Below are positions 34,950 through 49,849 of a stretch of 64,000 bases of DNA, piece by piece. The position numbers were made by a program, and so were the translations under genes. Location of the stretch: NCBI GenBank assembly GCA_002269645.1, contig NIVC01000288.1:186001-250000 (forward strand), written 5' to 3'. Positions within the stretch are counted from its first letter, which is position 1. The number at the start of each line of letters is the position of its first letter. This DNA is from Macrostomum lignano. Its lineage: Eukaryota. The notes below the pieces were generated by a model that worked only from the letters and a program-made list of their open reading frames with translations, had not been told where the DNA came from and did no database searches.

Positions 34950-36380
34950 AGGAGAGAGGAGAGGGAGAGGGGCGTAAGAGATAAGTGAGAGAAGGGAGAT
35001 AATAAGGGCAGATTTTAAGGAGATATAAGAGTAGGACGCGGAGATAAGCGAGAGGAGTGGGAGATAAGAGAGGGAGAGGGAGAAATAAAGGAGAGGGGAG
35101 ATATAAGAGAGAAATAAGAGAGGGAGAGATAAGAGAGGGGGAGATAAGAGGAGAAATAAAGGAGAGGGGAGATATAAGAGAGAAATAAGAGAGGGAGAGA
35201 TAAGAGGAGAAATAAAGGAGAGGGGAGATATAAGAGAGAAATAAGAGAGGGAGAGATAAGAGAGGGGGAGATAAGAGGAGAAATAAAAGAGAGGGGAGAT
35301 ATAAGAGAGAAATAAGAGAGGGAGAGATAAGAGAGGGGGAGATAAGAGGAGAAATAAAAGAGAGGGGAGATATAAGAGAGAAATAAGAGAGGGAGAGATA
35401 AGAGGAGAAATAAAGGAGAGGGGAGATATAAGGAGAAATAAGAGAGGGAGAGATAAGAGAAGAAATAAAGGAGAGGGGAGATATAAGAGAGAAATAAGAG
35501 AGGGAGAGATAAGAGAGGGGGAGATAAGAGGAGAAATAAAAGAGAGGGGAGATATAAGAGAGAAATAAGAGAGGGAGAGATAAGAGAGGGGGAGATAAGA
35601 GGAGAAATAAAAGAGAGGGGAGATATAAGAGAGAAATAAGAGAGGGAGAGATAAGAGGAGAAATAAAGGAGAGGGGAGATATAAGAGAGAAATAAGAGAG
35701 GGAGAGATAAGAGAGGGGGAGATAAGAGGAGAAATAAAAGAGAGGGGAGATATAAGAGAGAAATAAGAGAGGGAGAGATAAGAGAGGGGGAGATAAGAGG
35801 AGAAATAAAAGAGAGGGGAGATATAAGAGAGAAATAAGAGAGGGAGAGATAAGAGAGGGGGAGATAAGAGGAGAAATAAAAGAGAGGGGAGATACAAGAG
35901 AGAAATAAGAGAGGGAGAGATAAGAGAGGGGGAGATAAGAGGAGAAATAAAAGAGAGGGGAGATATAAGAGAGAAATAAGAGAGGGAGAGATAAGAGAGG
36001 GGGAGATAAGAGGAGAAATAAAAGAGAGGGGAGATATAAGAGAGAAATAAGAGAGGGAGAGATAAGAGGAGAAATAAAGGAGAGGGGAGATATAAGAGAG
36101 AAATAAGAGAGGGAGAGATAAGAGGAGAAATAAAGGAGAGGGGAGATATAAGGAGAAATAAGAGAGGGAGAGATAAGAGAAGAAATAAAGGAGAGGGGAG
36201 ATATAAGAGTGGGAGAGGTAAGAGAGGGGGAGATAAGAGGAGAAATAAAAGAGAGGGGAGATATAAGAGAGAAATAAGAGAGGGAGAGATAAGAGAGGGG
36301 GAGATAAGAGGAGAAATAAAGGAGAGGGGAGATATAAGAGTGGGAGAGGTAAGAGAGGGGGAGATATAAGAGTGGGAGTC
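34950..36380. repeat. GA-rich compound minisatellite (gagataagag-based units)
   Basis: Seen directly; explains ORFs 34929..36386 and 35015..36490. Confidence 0.95.
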
Positions 36381-36506
36381 AGACATAAAAGGCAGAGACG
36401 ACGGGAAGCCGGAGATAAAAAGAACAGAAGTCCCTCCCTCCAGTTTGAACTTATACTGTAACTGAATAAAACACTAACAAACGACCACAAAGAAGCAAAA
36501 ACTTAC

Positions 36507-37121
36507 GCTGCTGCGGCATGGTGATGTTGGCGCTCGGCTTGCTCTCCAAACTTTCGCCGACTTTGTTGCGAGCCAGCACTCGAAATCGATAGGTACGCGA
36601 GGCCAGTAGTCCGTTAGTCACCCGATATGTTGTGACGCTACCGTCTACGGTGGCTACGGCATTCCAGGTGTCCGGAGTGGAGCTTTCGGCCAGCTGTACA
36701 GAGTATGACGTCACTGGCGTGTTGCCAGTCAAGCCTGGCCGCCAGACTAAATCAATACTTCGATTGTCAATCGGATTCAACAGGGCAGACACAATAATTG
36801 GCGACTGGGGCAGCTCAATGACAGTCAGCATAGTGTCTCGTGTGTCGTTACCCGCGCTGGACAACACGAAGCACTGATAGCGGCCAGCATCCGTGGTTCG
36901 AACGCTTTTCAATCGAAGCGAACCGGTTGATTGAATTACTTCGCGAAAATTGATATCGTTTGCGACGCGAACTGGCAGGGATCCGCCGATGTCTGGGGTG
37001 TGGTACCACTCGACTGTGACCGCCACGCCTGGGCTGGTTGAGTAGCCGCACTTGATCTCCAGCTCCGAGCCTTTGATGGACTCCACCGGCTTCTCGGGGG
37101 GTAGGATGATCTTGGTGCGCT
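36507..37121 (-). CDS. sdk: Sidekick exon: last Ig domain plus FN1
   Basis: [75 protein letters not shown]. Acceptor CCCCTACAG|; donor C|GTAAGT. Confidence 0.94.
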
Positions 37122-37135
37122 CTGTAGGGGGCGAT

Positions 37136-37305
<170 letters not shown>

Positions 37306-37435
37306 CAAATACAGGTAAGACAAAAATGGTTAAATTTTAAAACGCACTGATTTTTAAAAATCGCATCACGACATCGCTACTAGTAAGTAGTCAGAAGAGA
37401 AAGAAAATCCATTATAACAGTGAGAAAACACTCAC

Positions 37436-37591
37436 GCAGCACATTAAGGTAGCCAGAGGTCTGATCGCTGCCGGGCGTGTTGCTAGCCAAGCAGGTGTAC
37501 CTGCCAGTGTCGGAGACTTGAACGGCCGTGATCAGCAGACTGCCAGTAGACTGCACTAAGAATCTGCCGCCACTTGTTAGATGAGTGCCGT
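37436..37591 (-). CDS. sdk: Sidekick exon: penultimate Ig domain, C-half
   Basis: DGTHLTSGGRFLVQSTGSLLITAVQVSDTGRYTCLASNTPGSDQTSGYLNVL; phase 1 at both ends. Confidence 0.92.
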
Positions 37592-38034
37592 CTGCAATTG
37601 CCATTTAGTATATGGACTAGCCAATTCCAACCCCCTTTTGGGGCTTGCTATCCTAACCCTATCCCTTGATCTGTAGGGGGTGGCACTCTTGTTTGCGGCA
37701 ATTAGGCCTCTATTGACGACGGGAGTGCCGCTGCCACCACCTCCCAATGCGCGACGATGATTTGTTGCGTCACAGCAATCCATTTAATACAGTACCACAG
37801 TGAGCTTCGTAACCGCCTACTTGACTGCCTGCCTGACTGACTCTCGCTAATCACTTATAAGTGTGCGCAAGTTGGCCAAGTATGAACTCCATTTACAATG
37901 CAAGTAATGGATGATTGGATAATTCGCTGTGGAAACAGTTTGTCACTCTGGGGAGTTCGGGTCTTCCTGCGTGAATGGAACTGATCATGATTGCGGATCT
38001 TTGTGACTGCCTCTGCTGTCTGTGCCCCTCTCGA

Positions 38035-38190
38035 TGTCTGTCTGTGTCTGTGTCTGTGTCTGTGTCTGCTGTATCTGGCTGTGCGTCTGTCTCAGTTTAT
38101 GTGTGCCTGTCTGTCTGTCTGTGTCTGTGTCTACTGTATCTGGTTGTGTCTTTCTCAGTTTATGTGTGCCTGCCTGTCTGTCTTGGTCTG
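38035..38190. repeat. (TGTC/TG)n-rich compound microsatellite
   Basis: Seen directly. Confidence 0.85.
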
Positions 38191-38516
38191 TCTTAGTAAC
38201 TGTCTTCATGTCGGCCTATCTTAATATTCGTCATTATTTGTCTATCTAATTCTAATAATGCCTTACTGTACCTGGCAGTCTCTATCTACGGTAACTTTTT
38301 CACCCTTTGTATTTTTCTGCCTGTGAGATCATCCATCCTTCTGTGGGCCAAGTTGTATTGTTAAAAATATTCGAGCTACATAGATAAGCATAAATTTTTT
38401 ATGCTTTTCTATAGTCTGTCCTTCAATCAGGCCAACCCAATAATAACATACGAGTACATCATTGATGAACAACTACAGGACCAATTAGTAAAGCAATAAG
38501 CGTGAGCTTTTTTCAC

Positions 38517-38633
38517 CTTTCAGCCACTGTATTGTGGGCGTCGGAGCCCCGGTGGCAACGCAAGCAAAACTGACATCCTCCAGCTCCAATTTAGTCACGT
38601 TGGTCATCGGAGTGGAGATTTTCGGCACGGAGC
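38517..38633 (-). CDS. sdk: Sidekick exon: penultimate Ig domain, N-half
   Basis: SVPKISTPMTNVTKLELEDVSFACVATGAPTPTIQWLK. Acceptor TTTGTTGCAG|; donor AAAG|GTGAAA. Confidence 0.9.
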
Positions 38634-39904
38634 CTGCAACAAATGAACGGAGCACAGATGAAGAGCTGCTGCAAATTGAGTTTATTTCACAGTGAAGAGA
38701 GCAGAGAGCAGACACATCCCATTCAGCATAACATTTCGAATCGGGTTGGTCTCAAACTAATTCTCAAATTGGAGGCACATTTTTTTCTTTCTTCTCTCCC
38801 GCGCCTGGGTGAGTCAACTCAAACAGCTATTCCAAGGGTTAAAGGAGATAATGAGCCGGCGTAGAGGCCGTTCAGCCAAGGAGGCCCAGAGCCAGAGTCT
38901 GTAGTCAGCAGCTCCTCCCCAAAAATCGCCCTCCCCCCAATTCTTAGACAACTGTAGGCCGGCATGCCTAACGATTGGAAACTCAGTGCCGCAGTGTACA
39001 CCCTGTGTGAGCTGTGTACGAGTTCGTGCCTGCGTACAGTATTGGTGCCCTTGTATGTGTTCAGGAGTCAGCGGAATTCTGTGCCAACAGAAAAAACACT
39101 GCAGTCAGCCTACAGTTGTCTGAGAGTTGGTGGATTAAGGCAAGATCCGTTAATCCAGGTTTTGGTTTTCGGCCTCCTTGTCGCCACCTCTAGTTTAGAG
39201 GGGGTGAGGCTGGCCCCTCGTGACAAACAACCTCGGTTGAGTTAGGTCTCTTATCAGTCGAATCCAAGAGACCGGAGCAGCTAGAGAGGGGGGGAGGAGC
39301 AGAGACGAAATCCTAAAGAGGGAATCCAAAGCCCAACCTATGGGGATATCAGAACAATAAATATTACTAGTATATAGAAAATATATATAAATCCCTGTCA
39401 ACACTCGAACTCAAGCGAGCATTGGGTGGGGAGGGGGATAAGACTCGAAGATTGGTAGGGGGTGCCATCAACCCCCCTCCCTCCTATATGTGCTCACTCT
39501 AAAAAGATTACGTAACATGAAAAGCCACAAGTCACTGAAGAACTCTTCAATGCAAACTGGAAAAATAGCTAAAGCTTGCAGAAAAATGGCCGAGTTTAAA
39601 ACACTTCTGTGTTCTGTGTGAGCCTGTGCAGGTTGGCCAAAAAAATGGTCTGCAACTGTGGCTGTTCTAAAAGGTGTAAAACCTAATCCAATGCGCGTAT
39701 CCTCATCAAAATATCAGGTGTAAAGTTAAAAGATCTGAACGGTAAAGAAACATAGTTTATTTTAGATACTAAGCATTAAATATTCTGTTTCTATGCTTTT
39801 TCCAATTCACCATTATTAACCCCATGATTAACTTTTGGTAACCTGTAACCGCATGACTACAAATTAGTAACCTCAAAAGTAGAATATGTAACTGACATGG
39901 CTGC

Positions 39905-40905
39905 AACCTAAGCTTCGTGACTGCAACTTCAGCTTCCTGACTGCAACCTCAGCTTCGTGACAGCAACATTAGCTCTATGACAGCAACATTAGCTTCGTGA
40001 CTGCAACCTCAGCTTTGTGAATGCAACCTTAGCTTTGTGACTTCAACCTCAGCTTCGTGACTGCAACCTCAGCTTTGTGAATGCAACCTTAGCTTTGTGA
40101 CTTCAACCTCAGCTTCGTGACTGCAACCTCAGCTTTGTGAATGCAACCTTAGCTTTGTGACTTCAACCTCAGCTTTGTGACTGCAGCCTCAGCTTCGTGA
40201 ATGCAACCTCAGCTTCGTGACTGCAACCTCAGCTTTGTGAATGCAACCTTAGCTTTGTGACTTCAACCTCAGCTTCGTGACTGCAGCCTCAGCTTTGTGA
40301 ATGCAACCTTAGCTTCGTGACTGCAACCTCGGCTTCGTGACTGCAACCTCAGCTTCGTGACTGCAACCTCAGCTTCGTGACTGCAACCTCAGCTTCGTGA
40401 CTGCAACCTCAGCTTCGTGACTGCAACCTCGGCTTCGTGACTGCAACCTCAGCTTCGTGACTGCAACCTCAGCTTAGTGACTGCAACCTCGGCTTCGTGA
40501 CTGCAACCTCAGCTTTGTGAATGCAACCTTAGCTTTGTGACTTCAACCTCAGCTTCGTGACTGCAGCCTCAGCTTCGTGAATGCAACCTCAGCTTCGTGA
40601 CTGCAACCTCAGCTTTGTGACTTCAACATTAACTTTCTGACTGCAACCTCAGCTTCGTGACTGCAACCTCAGCTTCGTGACTTCAACCTCAGCTTCGTGA
40701 CTGCAACCTCAGCTTCGTGACTGCAACCTCAGCTTCGTGACTTCAACCCCAGCTTCGTGACTGCAACCTTAGCTTCGTGACTGCAAAATTAGCTTCGTGA
40801 CTGCAACCTCAGCTTCGTGACTGCAACCTCAGCTTCGTGACTGCAACCTCAGCTTCGTGACTTCAACCTCAGCTTCGTGACTGCAACATTAGCTTCGTGA
40901 CTGCA
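39905..40905. repeat. Minisatellite, 20 bp unit (ctgcaacctcagcttcgtga)
   Basis: Seen directly. Confidence 0.96.
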
Positions 40906-41847
40906 GGTTAACAAAGTCGTAGATTTATGCAGTGATTGATAAAATTTGAAAGCCAGAGAAAGTTCGCGTTTGCTACAAAACAGGTCGCACAGTTTGTACA
41001 CTTCAAGTTCTTCTGCATAAAGAGTAAAATTAATTTGCGCAGGAGACTTTCCTACTGAAATATTTGTTATTCTTAGTAGGCAGCATCAGTTAAATAAAAA
41101 TCTCTGACTTTCCCAAAGCTTAAAGGTATCAGCTTCTAGTGCCTAAATCCATTAAATCCAAAATGGAAGAGTTAAACTTCAAGATTCCAAAATTTGGGAC
41201 AAAAATGTTGTCTATTTAATACAATTATTGGTCGGGTTAGTCACCTGGAATGCGCGGTCGGTTTTGGAAAAGCTTTTTTCTCCACTTTTCCCTTATAGAA
41301 GACGCCTCCAGCCGAGTTCAGACAGATGTGGGCAAAAGAAGAAAAAAAGATTTTTCATTTACATTAAAGTAATGCACACGCAGCATCTGCGCATAGGCAA
41401 CGCAAGGTAATCCTTGAAGTCGGTTTCAAGCCTAATAAGGAGGATATCACTTGATCCGCGCGACCTGTTGCATGGGGAATCCGAGTTGGAAAGCAAGGAA
41501 TATTGTTTAGGCCCCGAGGCAAAATGGTTCCGTTGCTGCTTGGTATAAACTATTTTGGTCGATTTTTCCTGATGCGATATAGAAAGGGATATCAACATCT
41601 GGGGACAAATTAACTCCGTGTTCTAAATCCCCAGATTAGGATAACCGCTGCGGGCATTTTCATCTACGGGGAAACGATTGAATTAAGGTACGTACTGGTA
41701 TATGCAACCAGATCTAGAATATGTAATCTTGTAGGATCGTTAATTCCAATAAAATCCATTAGACTTCTCGAGTACTACCGCCCTACCTGTAGACTTACCT
41801 ATAGCTAAACTTTCCCACGGCTAATAACTGGCTAAATCCGTATCCAT

Positions 41848-42440
41848 TAGACTCCCGTGAATCACCCCCTCATCCATTTGACTCCCGTGAATGACCCCCT
41901 CATATATTAGACTACCGTGAATGACCTCCCTTATCCTTAGACTCCCGTGAATGACACACCTCATCCTTTAGACTCCCGTGAATGATCCCTTATCTATTAG
42001 ACTCACGTAAATGATCCCTCATCCGTTAGACTCCTGTGAATGATCCCTTATCTATTAGACTCACGTAAATGATCCCTCATCCGTTAGACTCCTGTGAATG
42101 ATCCCTTATCTATTAGACTCACGTAAATGATCCCTCATCCGTTAGACTCCTGTGAATGATCCCCTCATCCATTAGACTCCCGTGAATGATCCCCTCATCC
42201 ATTAGACTCCCGTGAATGACCCCCTCATATATTAGACTACCGTGAATGACCTCCCTTATCCTTTAGACTCCCGTGAATGACTCCCTCATCCGTTAGACTC
42301 CCGTGAATGACCCCCTAATCCGTTAGACTCCTGTAAATGATTCCTAATCTATTAGACTCCCGTGAATGACCTCCTTAGCCATTAGACTCCTACGAATGAC
42401 CCCTGATCCGTTAGACTCCCGTGAATGACCCCACAACCAT
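41848..42440. repeat. Degenerate minisatellite, ~29-30 bp unit (ttagactcccgtgaatgacccctcatcc)
   Basis: Seen directly. Confidence 0.92.
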
Positions 42441-43434
42441 TAAACTTCCCACCAATGACCCTCATAAAAAGTTAGAAGATATCCAATACTATAGAAAGTT
42501 ATCTTCTTCTGTCAAAAAACTAACCAAACCTTTATTTTCCTTACTACGAGTATGAAACTGGTTAGACAGCGGCAACCAAATCCCACACCAATTATATGTT
42601 AGCTCCCAACGGAAAACTGAAAGCAGAGAACGCAAAAAAACAGACAACATTCAACGACTTAATTAACTGACATTGCTTTCTCAAAAGCAAATCAAGAAAG
42701 CAGATTTAAGAAAGTAGATTCAGATGAAGTAGATTACGGAGAAGTGACACGTCGGAGCTAAGGGAAATCTTACAAAATCCTGTTATGGTTGTACAAGAGG
42801 TCAAGCCGTCCCTCAACCCCTGTAGTGGTGGTGTGTAGTCACCAGTCTCTCGTGACTAGTTCTCAGTCTAGTCTGTTATTCTCCCAGCATCATGGGATGC
42901 TGAACAAATTACACAGACAAGGAAGCCTTCATGAAGCAATCTTCCGTATATAAGTTTGTAGGCTCCCTCTGGGCCAAATATCGGTTTCAAAACTAGAAAG
43001 GCCCCAGCTGACTCGTTATCTCTATATGGACTGGAAAAGGGTCACTGTGTTTTCGTAGGACAAGAAGATGACGTAATGCGGAAGTTATCCTTAAAGGAAG
43101 AAAGAAATGGCAAACTCAAAAAACACACAGGAGGAGGCGCGGCTCTCACTCTCTGCAACAGCAAGAGTTTTTCACCCTCCAATAAGCAAAACATATAAGA
43201 ATATATAGGTTTGCCTTGTCCAGGTAAATATCGAACCAAACACCAATAATTTCACTCAGGTGCCCAGTTGAACGGAAATCTTTCTTCTTAGTGTAAGACT
43301 GAAGTAAGTTATATGCGTAAGACCAGGAATAATAAACTTTCGTATGAATTTCAAGCAGTCTAGCTTTATATAGCTCAAGTCTAAAGTTTACTAAAAGCTT
43401 AAAACGATAAAATTAAAAGCTTCATCTGTGCAAC

Positions 43435-44640
43435 TGTACACAGATCCTAAACTTCACAAACCCTAAACTTCACAAACCCTAAACTTCACAAAATCAAACT
43501 TCACAAACCCTAAACTTCACAGATCCTAAACTTCACAAACCCTAAACTTCACAAACCCTAAAATTCACAAAATCTAAACTTCACAAACCCTAAACTTCAC
43601 AGATCCTAAACTTCACAAACCCTAAACTTCACAAACCCTAAACTCCACAAACCCTAAACTTCACAAACCCTAAACTTCACAAACCCTAAACTTCACAAAA
43701 TCTAAACTTCACAAACCCTAAACTTCACAAACCCTAAACTTCACAAAATCAAACTTCACAAACCCTAAACTTCACAGATCCTAAACTTCACAAACCCTAA
43801 ACTTCACAAACCCTAAACTTCACAAACCCTAAACTTCACAAACCCTAAACTTCACAAAATCAAACTTCACAAACCCTAAACTTCACAGATCCTAAACTTC
43901 ACAAACCCTAAACTTCACAAACCCTAAACTTCACAAACCCTAAACTTCACAAACCCTAAACTTCAAAAACCCTAAACTTCAGAAACCCAAATTCAACAAA
44001 CCCTAAAATTCACAAGCCCTAAACTTCACATACCCAACTTCACAGACCCGAAACTTCACAGACCCAACTTTACAAAGCCTAAACTTCCCAAACCCTAAAT
44101 TTCACAAACCCTAAATTTCACAAACCCTAAACTTCACAAACCCTAAACTTCAAAAACCCTAAACTTCACAGACCCTAAACTTCACAAACCCTAAACTTCA
44201 CAAACCCTAAACTTCACAGACCCTAAACTTCACAAACCCTAAACTTCACAAACCCTAAACTTCACAAACCCTAAACTTCAAAAACTCTAAACTTCAAAAA
44301 CCCTAAACTTCACTAAACCCTAAACTTCACAAACCCTAAAATTCACAAGTCCTAAACTTCACAGACCCTAAACTTCACAAACCCTAAACTTCACAAATCT
44401 AAACTTCACAAACCCTAAACTTCACAAACCCTAAACTTCACAAACCCTAAACTTCAAAAACCCTAAACTTCACAAATCTAAACTTCACAAACCCTAAACT
44501 TCACAAACCCTAAACTTCACGAGCCCTAAACTTCACAGACCCTAAACTTCACAGACCCAACTTTACAAACCCTAAACTTCACAAACCGTAAAATTCACAA
44601 GCCCTAAACTTCACAAACCCTAAACTTTACAGACCCCAAA
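43435..44640. repeat. Minisatellite, 16 bp unit (aaacttcacaaaccct)
   Basis: Seen directly. Confidence 0.96.
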
Positions 44641-47600
44641 TCATAGGCATCACGAGTTACTTTAGACTGCTACAATCTTGAGCTTCAAACACAGAGGTTT
44701 CTAGTTCTTTTAACGAAAACCCTGAGCTGAGGATAAGCTGAGCTTCAACGAGAAAACCGCTTGAGCACGCGATTGGACTCATTGAAGCGAGCAGGTTATA
44801 CACTATAGCAAGCTAACTAATTAATTTGATACAGACAGCGAAAGTTAGTTAAAGACTAAAGAAAAAAGGCTTCGACACTAAAAAAGTAGAAAGGATCAAA
44901 AAACATAACGTAATAGCTGTTGCTATGCTAAATATAGACATAGACAACCCAGTTGAATAGACTACAGTAGACTGTTTGCTAAGACATTGTCATTACGCAA
45001 TCGATAGTTTATATATACTCTCGTAATGCTATTCTGTTTACAAACAGACGAGTATTCATGTCATGCAGTCGCTGTGTGCTGTTTAAAATTTTAGCTATAA
45101 TATATATTGAGAGACTCCAGATTCTGTACAGCGATTAGATCTCATTGATGACTGACTGAATTCGATGCTACAATACGATACCATGATCTCTCTTTATTTT
45201 TCTTCAAAGATAGAAGCGAATAAAATGAAAACGGAAGTTAACAAAAAAACTCCGCCCTACCCTACCGCGCCTCACTGCCTGAGCCTTCAACTTCGCCTAC
45301 AACCCAAAAAGATGAGATGAGATGAGATGACTCACCGTTTAAAGACGCCAACATCCATATACTATTTTCCAAACTTAGACTAACCTTTAACCCCCCTCCG
45401 CCTTCTATGATAGATGCGCAGGATGTGCTGTAGCCAAAAGCAAAGCGGTTGAAATCAAAAGGCCTCTTTTTAAATAATGGCGACAAGCCGTTTAACCATA
45501 AACTTAATATACGTTTAGGGCGGATCTCTTAGCACGCAATCAATCAATAGGGCGCTATTTGCCGTCTTATAATACAGAGGCCGGATAGTGGAGACTTTGA
45601 AGGCGTTTGTGCAAGCAGTTTTTCAAAACTTTTCTTTCATATTTGAAGAGAGAAGAACTTCCTTGACCTGATTTTTAGTGGTTGGTTAGTACTAAAATGT
45701 TACACGTTCATAGTTAAATTATATGATTGTATCCAGTCAAACGAAAAGCATACTTGTAATATTTACTAAACAAAATAGTCTTCCCAACAGCCTACCAAGG
45801 AGTTACATGTACAAGCCGCTCTAAACCAGATCTGTAAAATTGACCATTGTTGAACAAAAAAATGGATGCAGCTGCTGAACAGCCAAGTTAAACCTTCGGG
45901 ATGACCTGATAATGACAGGTTTAGAAATCTTTCACAACTACAGACAGTTTAATGAAAAAATTACCAAAGGAAAAGCTATGAACTGCCTATAATCCATATG
46001 CCGGCCTCTAAAACATGCGAGGAATGCGCCACAGAGGAAGCAAAAATGGAGTAATCTTGTCGTGTTTTGTCAAAATTCTGCCTGTAGCAATCAGCCATGG
46101 CGTACTAAAACAGTTAGCAAATATCTGGTTTGGAAACCTTTTCAAAATGCTAAGCCTAGTACTCGTACTGAGCCACCTGCATTGTTTCACATCCTGCAAG
46201 CCAACCAACATCTTTGTCGTATTCTGTAGAACGCAGCGTGTGGTCTAACTAAATTTTTTCGGAACTAAATAACAATACAATACGAAATGTAAAAACAAAA
46301 GCTAAGTAAAAAATGAAAAAATATTCGTTACATACTTTATACAAAATGGTAGCAAGTTTATAGAAGCTATATAATTATTTACTTCATGTATTCTAAAAGG
46401 TCTGGTTGGGTGGTCTAAGCCCGGCTAAAAGCCAAGGACACTCTGATCCAGATATCTGGATAGGAAATGATCGAGACATCAGGTATTTTGTTTAACCGTA
46501 AAGGAATTTCAAATGCGAAAGAAACGTGTTTATTTCTGGTGATAATCTAAAACTTTTTATGAAGGTTTTGCATCGGGGTGCCCACAGGCCTCACGCGAAT
46601 ATTTATTTTTGTGTATTAACATATTGCTATATACCATAAGCTATCGATGTTAAGACAAATTTCAATGAAGACTTCCCTACACCAGATTCCTCATTTAAGA
46701 TCACCCTTCGACTCTATCTTTCCCTTAGGGAAGAAAGCGAAAAGGGTTCCCCGCAGGGGGGAGGGGGCTTAAAACTCGTCTCTATGTATAAGACCGCCAC
46801 CGCATGAAAGAGAAAGCCTTCCTCCGAACCGCTCTAAATTTGTTGGGCAATCGCCATTCGTTTGAATACAGACACACAGTTCAAAGTTGTTAGAGAAGAC
46901 AGATATTCTTCACAGCATCTTCAACGTTTAACTAATCATAATCCTATAGATTAATTTTATTCCCGTGGGAGTATTATACGCGCTAGTTTTGTTACTAAAA
47001 CTATCTAGGCTAAAACATTTCTGTTGTCAAGGTTACACAACCCCTACACCTTGAGGCGTTAAATTTTCTATATTACAGTTCTATTCCTTCAGCTATAATA
47101 TTATTACGTTAGACATGTAACAGGTCCAAACCTATTTGCATCCGATGCCAGAACAGTCGCATACCCTGAGGCGATTCAGTTTTGGCCTCTGAATAATTAT
47201 AATAGCCAACCTATGGGATGACGACTCACCCAATTGCGTCACTAAACCCCCCCCCCCCTGTCTCCTCTCAGCTCTTCAGATCCAGAAAAGGAAGACACTC
47301 ACGACCCTCGCCAGATGGGTTTAGAAATCTTCCCAGAAAAATCCCCTTATCATATATTAGAGCGCTTCCTCCATATAGTTACAGCACGAATAATATTCGA
47401 AATTTTGCCATAATTTTAATGACGAGGCAAAAAAATGGAACCCAGCGTAATTCTACCTGCATTTGTGACTTTAATTTCAGGGGTTTGTAGCCAATTTGGC
47501 TCTCATCCCCCAATATTTCAAGGATATTACATCATCGTTAAATTTCGAAAATTCAACGGGCAACGCACAGAACAAAATCTGAAACCCCGAAATGATTGAG

Positions 47601-49453
47601 CAGCTCATCAAGATTGCCTCCTCCCACATGTTGCTACTTGCTAGATGTCAAGTAGGTCTCTTAATTAACATTGCAGGTGAATCAAATATGTTCAATAACA
47701 TTTTTATATAGCTACTAGCTGGGTCAATTCAGGTGAAAAGCAAGGAAAGAGGGAAATTAGAAATTATAATGTTTATGATTTCATAAATTACTGGGCTAGT
47801 TACATCTTCAGCTCAGCAATCTTCAGTTCAGAATAGGGGTATAACAATGTTAACTGAGAGGCTTCCACTAATTGTTGCATCCCACATCCCATGGAGACAA
47901 CGAAACCTCAACAATTTGAGGTTAACCAAACTGATAATTATAGTTGGAGCAAGAATTGAGAATTGAGCTCAAATGCCTCCTGGCGCTTGTTTGTTCAGAG
48001 CAATTATAGCATTAGCCTGTCTCTGATGACCTGTCATTCTTTCTGCATATTCTGCATATAAATATAGCTTCTTGTTGCAAAGTGTACTGCGTACTCGCAC
48101 TGCTGGATAGATGATTTGGTTAAAGAGAATGCTGTGTATACTACATGGCATCTCTGATTTGTTTGATATCCCCATCCCCATATCCCCATTATAATTACCA
48201 GATTTTCATTACACCATTACTACGAGTATCTCCCAATTACACTTATCCCATGTCCTCATTACACCATTTTCATCTCACTATTACACTTATCCCATGTCCT
48301 CATTACACCTTTCCTATCTGATTACACATTTCTATAGTTCGATACCTTCACTAGTCCTTTGTTCGAAAACAATCAGTCATTTGTCACTCTTTAATCCATC
48401 AATCAATCAAAACTTCACTGATCCCTAGTCATTGGAATTTTTTTGAGAAAGGAAAAATTTTACAAGACTTTTTCACTTGAGCTTTCTAGAGATTTCATTC
48501 TTTCTTGAACAATATAGAGACACAATAGACTATAGAAAATAGGAGAGGTGAGAAGATGACATCAGGATGCTACTCGACACGGTCTAGAACACTACTTAAG
48601 AGTCGATTCATTTATTACTCTACTCAATAATTACGCAACAACTGCAGACTAAGAAGCGGAGTCACTAACTCCAGATTTACCAGTATAAGGGAAACGAAAC
48701 TAAAAGAGATTCTGCTTCCAGAGAGAAAAAAATCGATGCAGACATATCAATAGCCATTTTTTGTCCGTGGGCCCAGTTGTATGAAAAATTTCTATGGAAT
48801 TGCAAAACTTGCTAATTAGACTTGCGTCAATCAAATGAATTCTATATCCCTCTTATGCTGCTCTTCTAGGAGCAGAGCAAAGCAAGAACAGCAAGAAGAG
48901 GAGTGCCGGAGATCTGACTGTTATTAACTGGCACGCTCGTCAATTTAAAAGAGAAAGACGCCCCCCGGACCCCTGCTACAAGCAGCAGCTCTTGAGACTC
49001 GCCAACCACTCGGGTTGGGGGGAGCTGGTGAAGCCAGGACTCAGGAATCGACTGTGTGAAATGCGATCCGCCTCTCTTTCTTTCACGGCGCACCTCAGTC
49101 ACTCCTTCGCCTTCTCCTGGGTCGTCTTCATGGACTCCTTTGAACTAAACTGGACTATCTACGGAAAAGAGTAGATACAGTGGATACTCCCGCAAATCAG
49201 TGATGCCCCCCTTTCCGCTGACTCCTAAACACATACAAGGGCGCCAATACTGTACGCAGGTACACAATCGTACACACGCTCAGAGGGTGTGCAAAGGCCC
49301 TCTTCGACTTACTAATGGTTTATCAAAGCAATTCATGTTACATCTCACATTGTTCACCTGCTTTTAGTTTGTTCTTTCCAATCCAGGTGAGTTCTAGTTC
49401 TAGCAGTCCCTGGTCCTATCTAAGGCTCTCATCTTATCTCTATGTCTGTCTAT

Positions 49454-49849
<396 letters not shown>

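Noticed and set aside
41228-41410. LVTWNARSVLEK resembling the start of a LINE endonuclease
   Set aside because: No further APE or RT motifs follow and the frame stops after ~60 aa.
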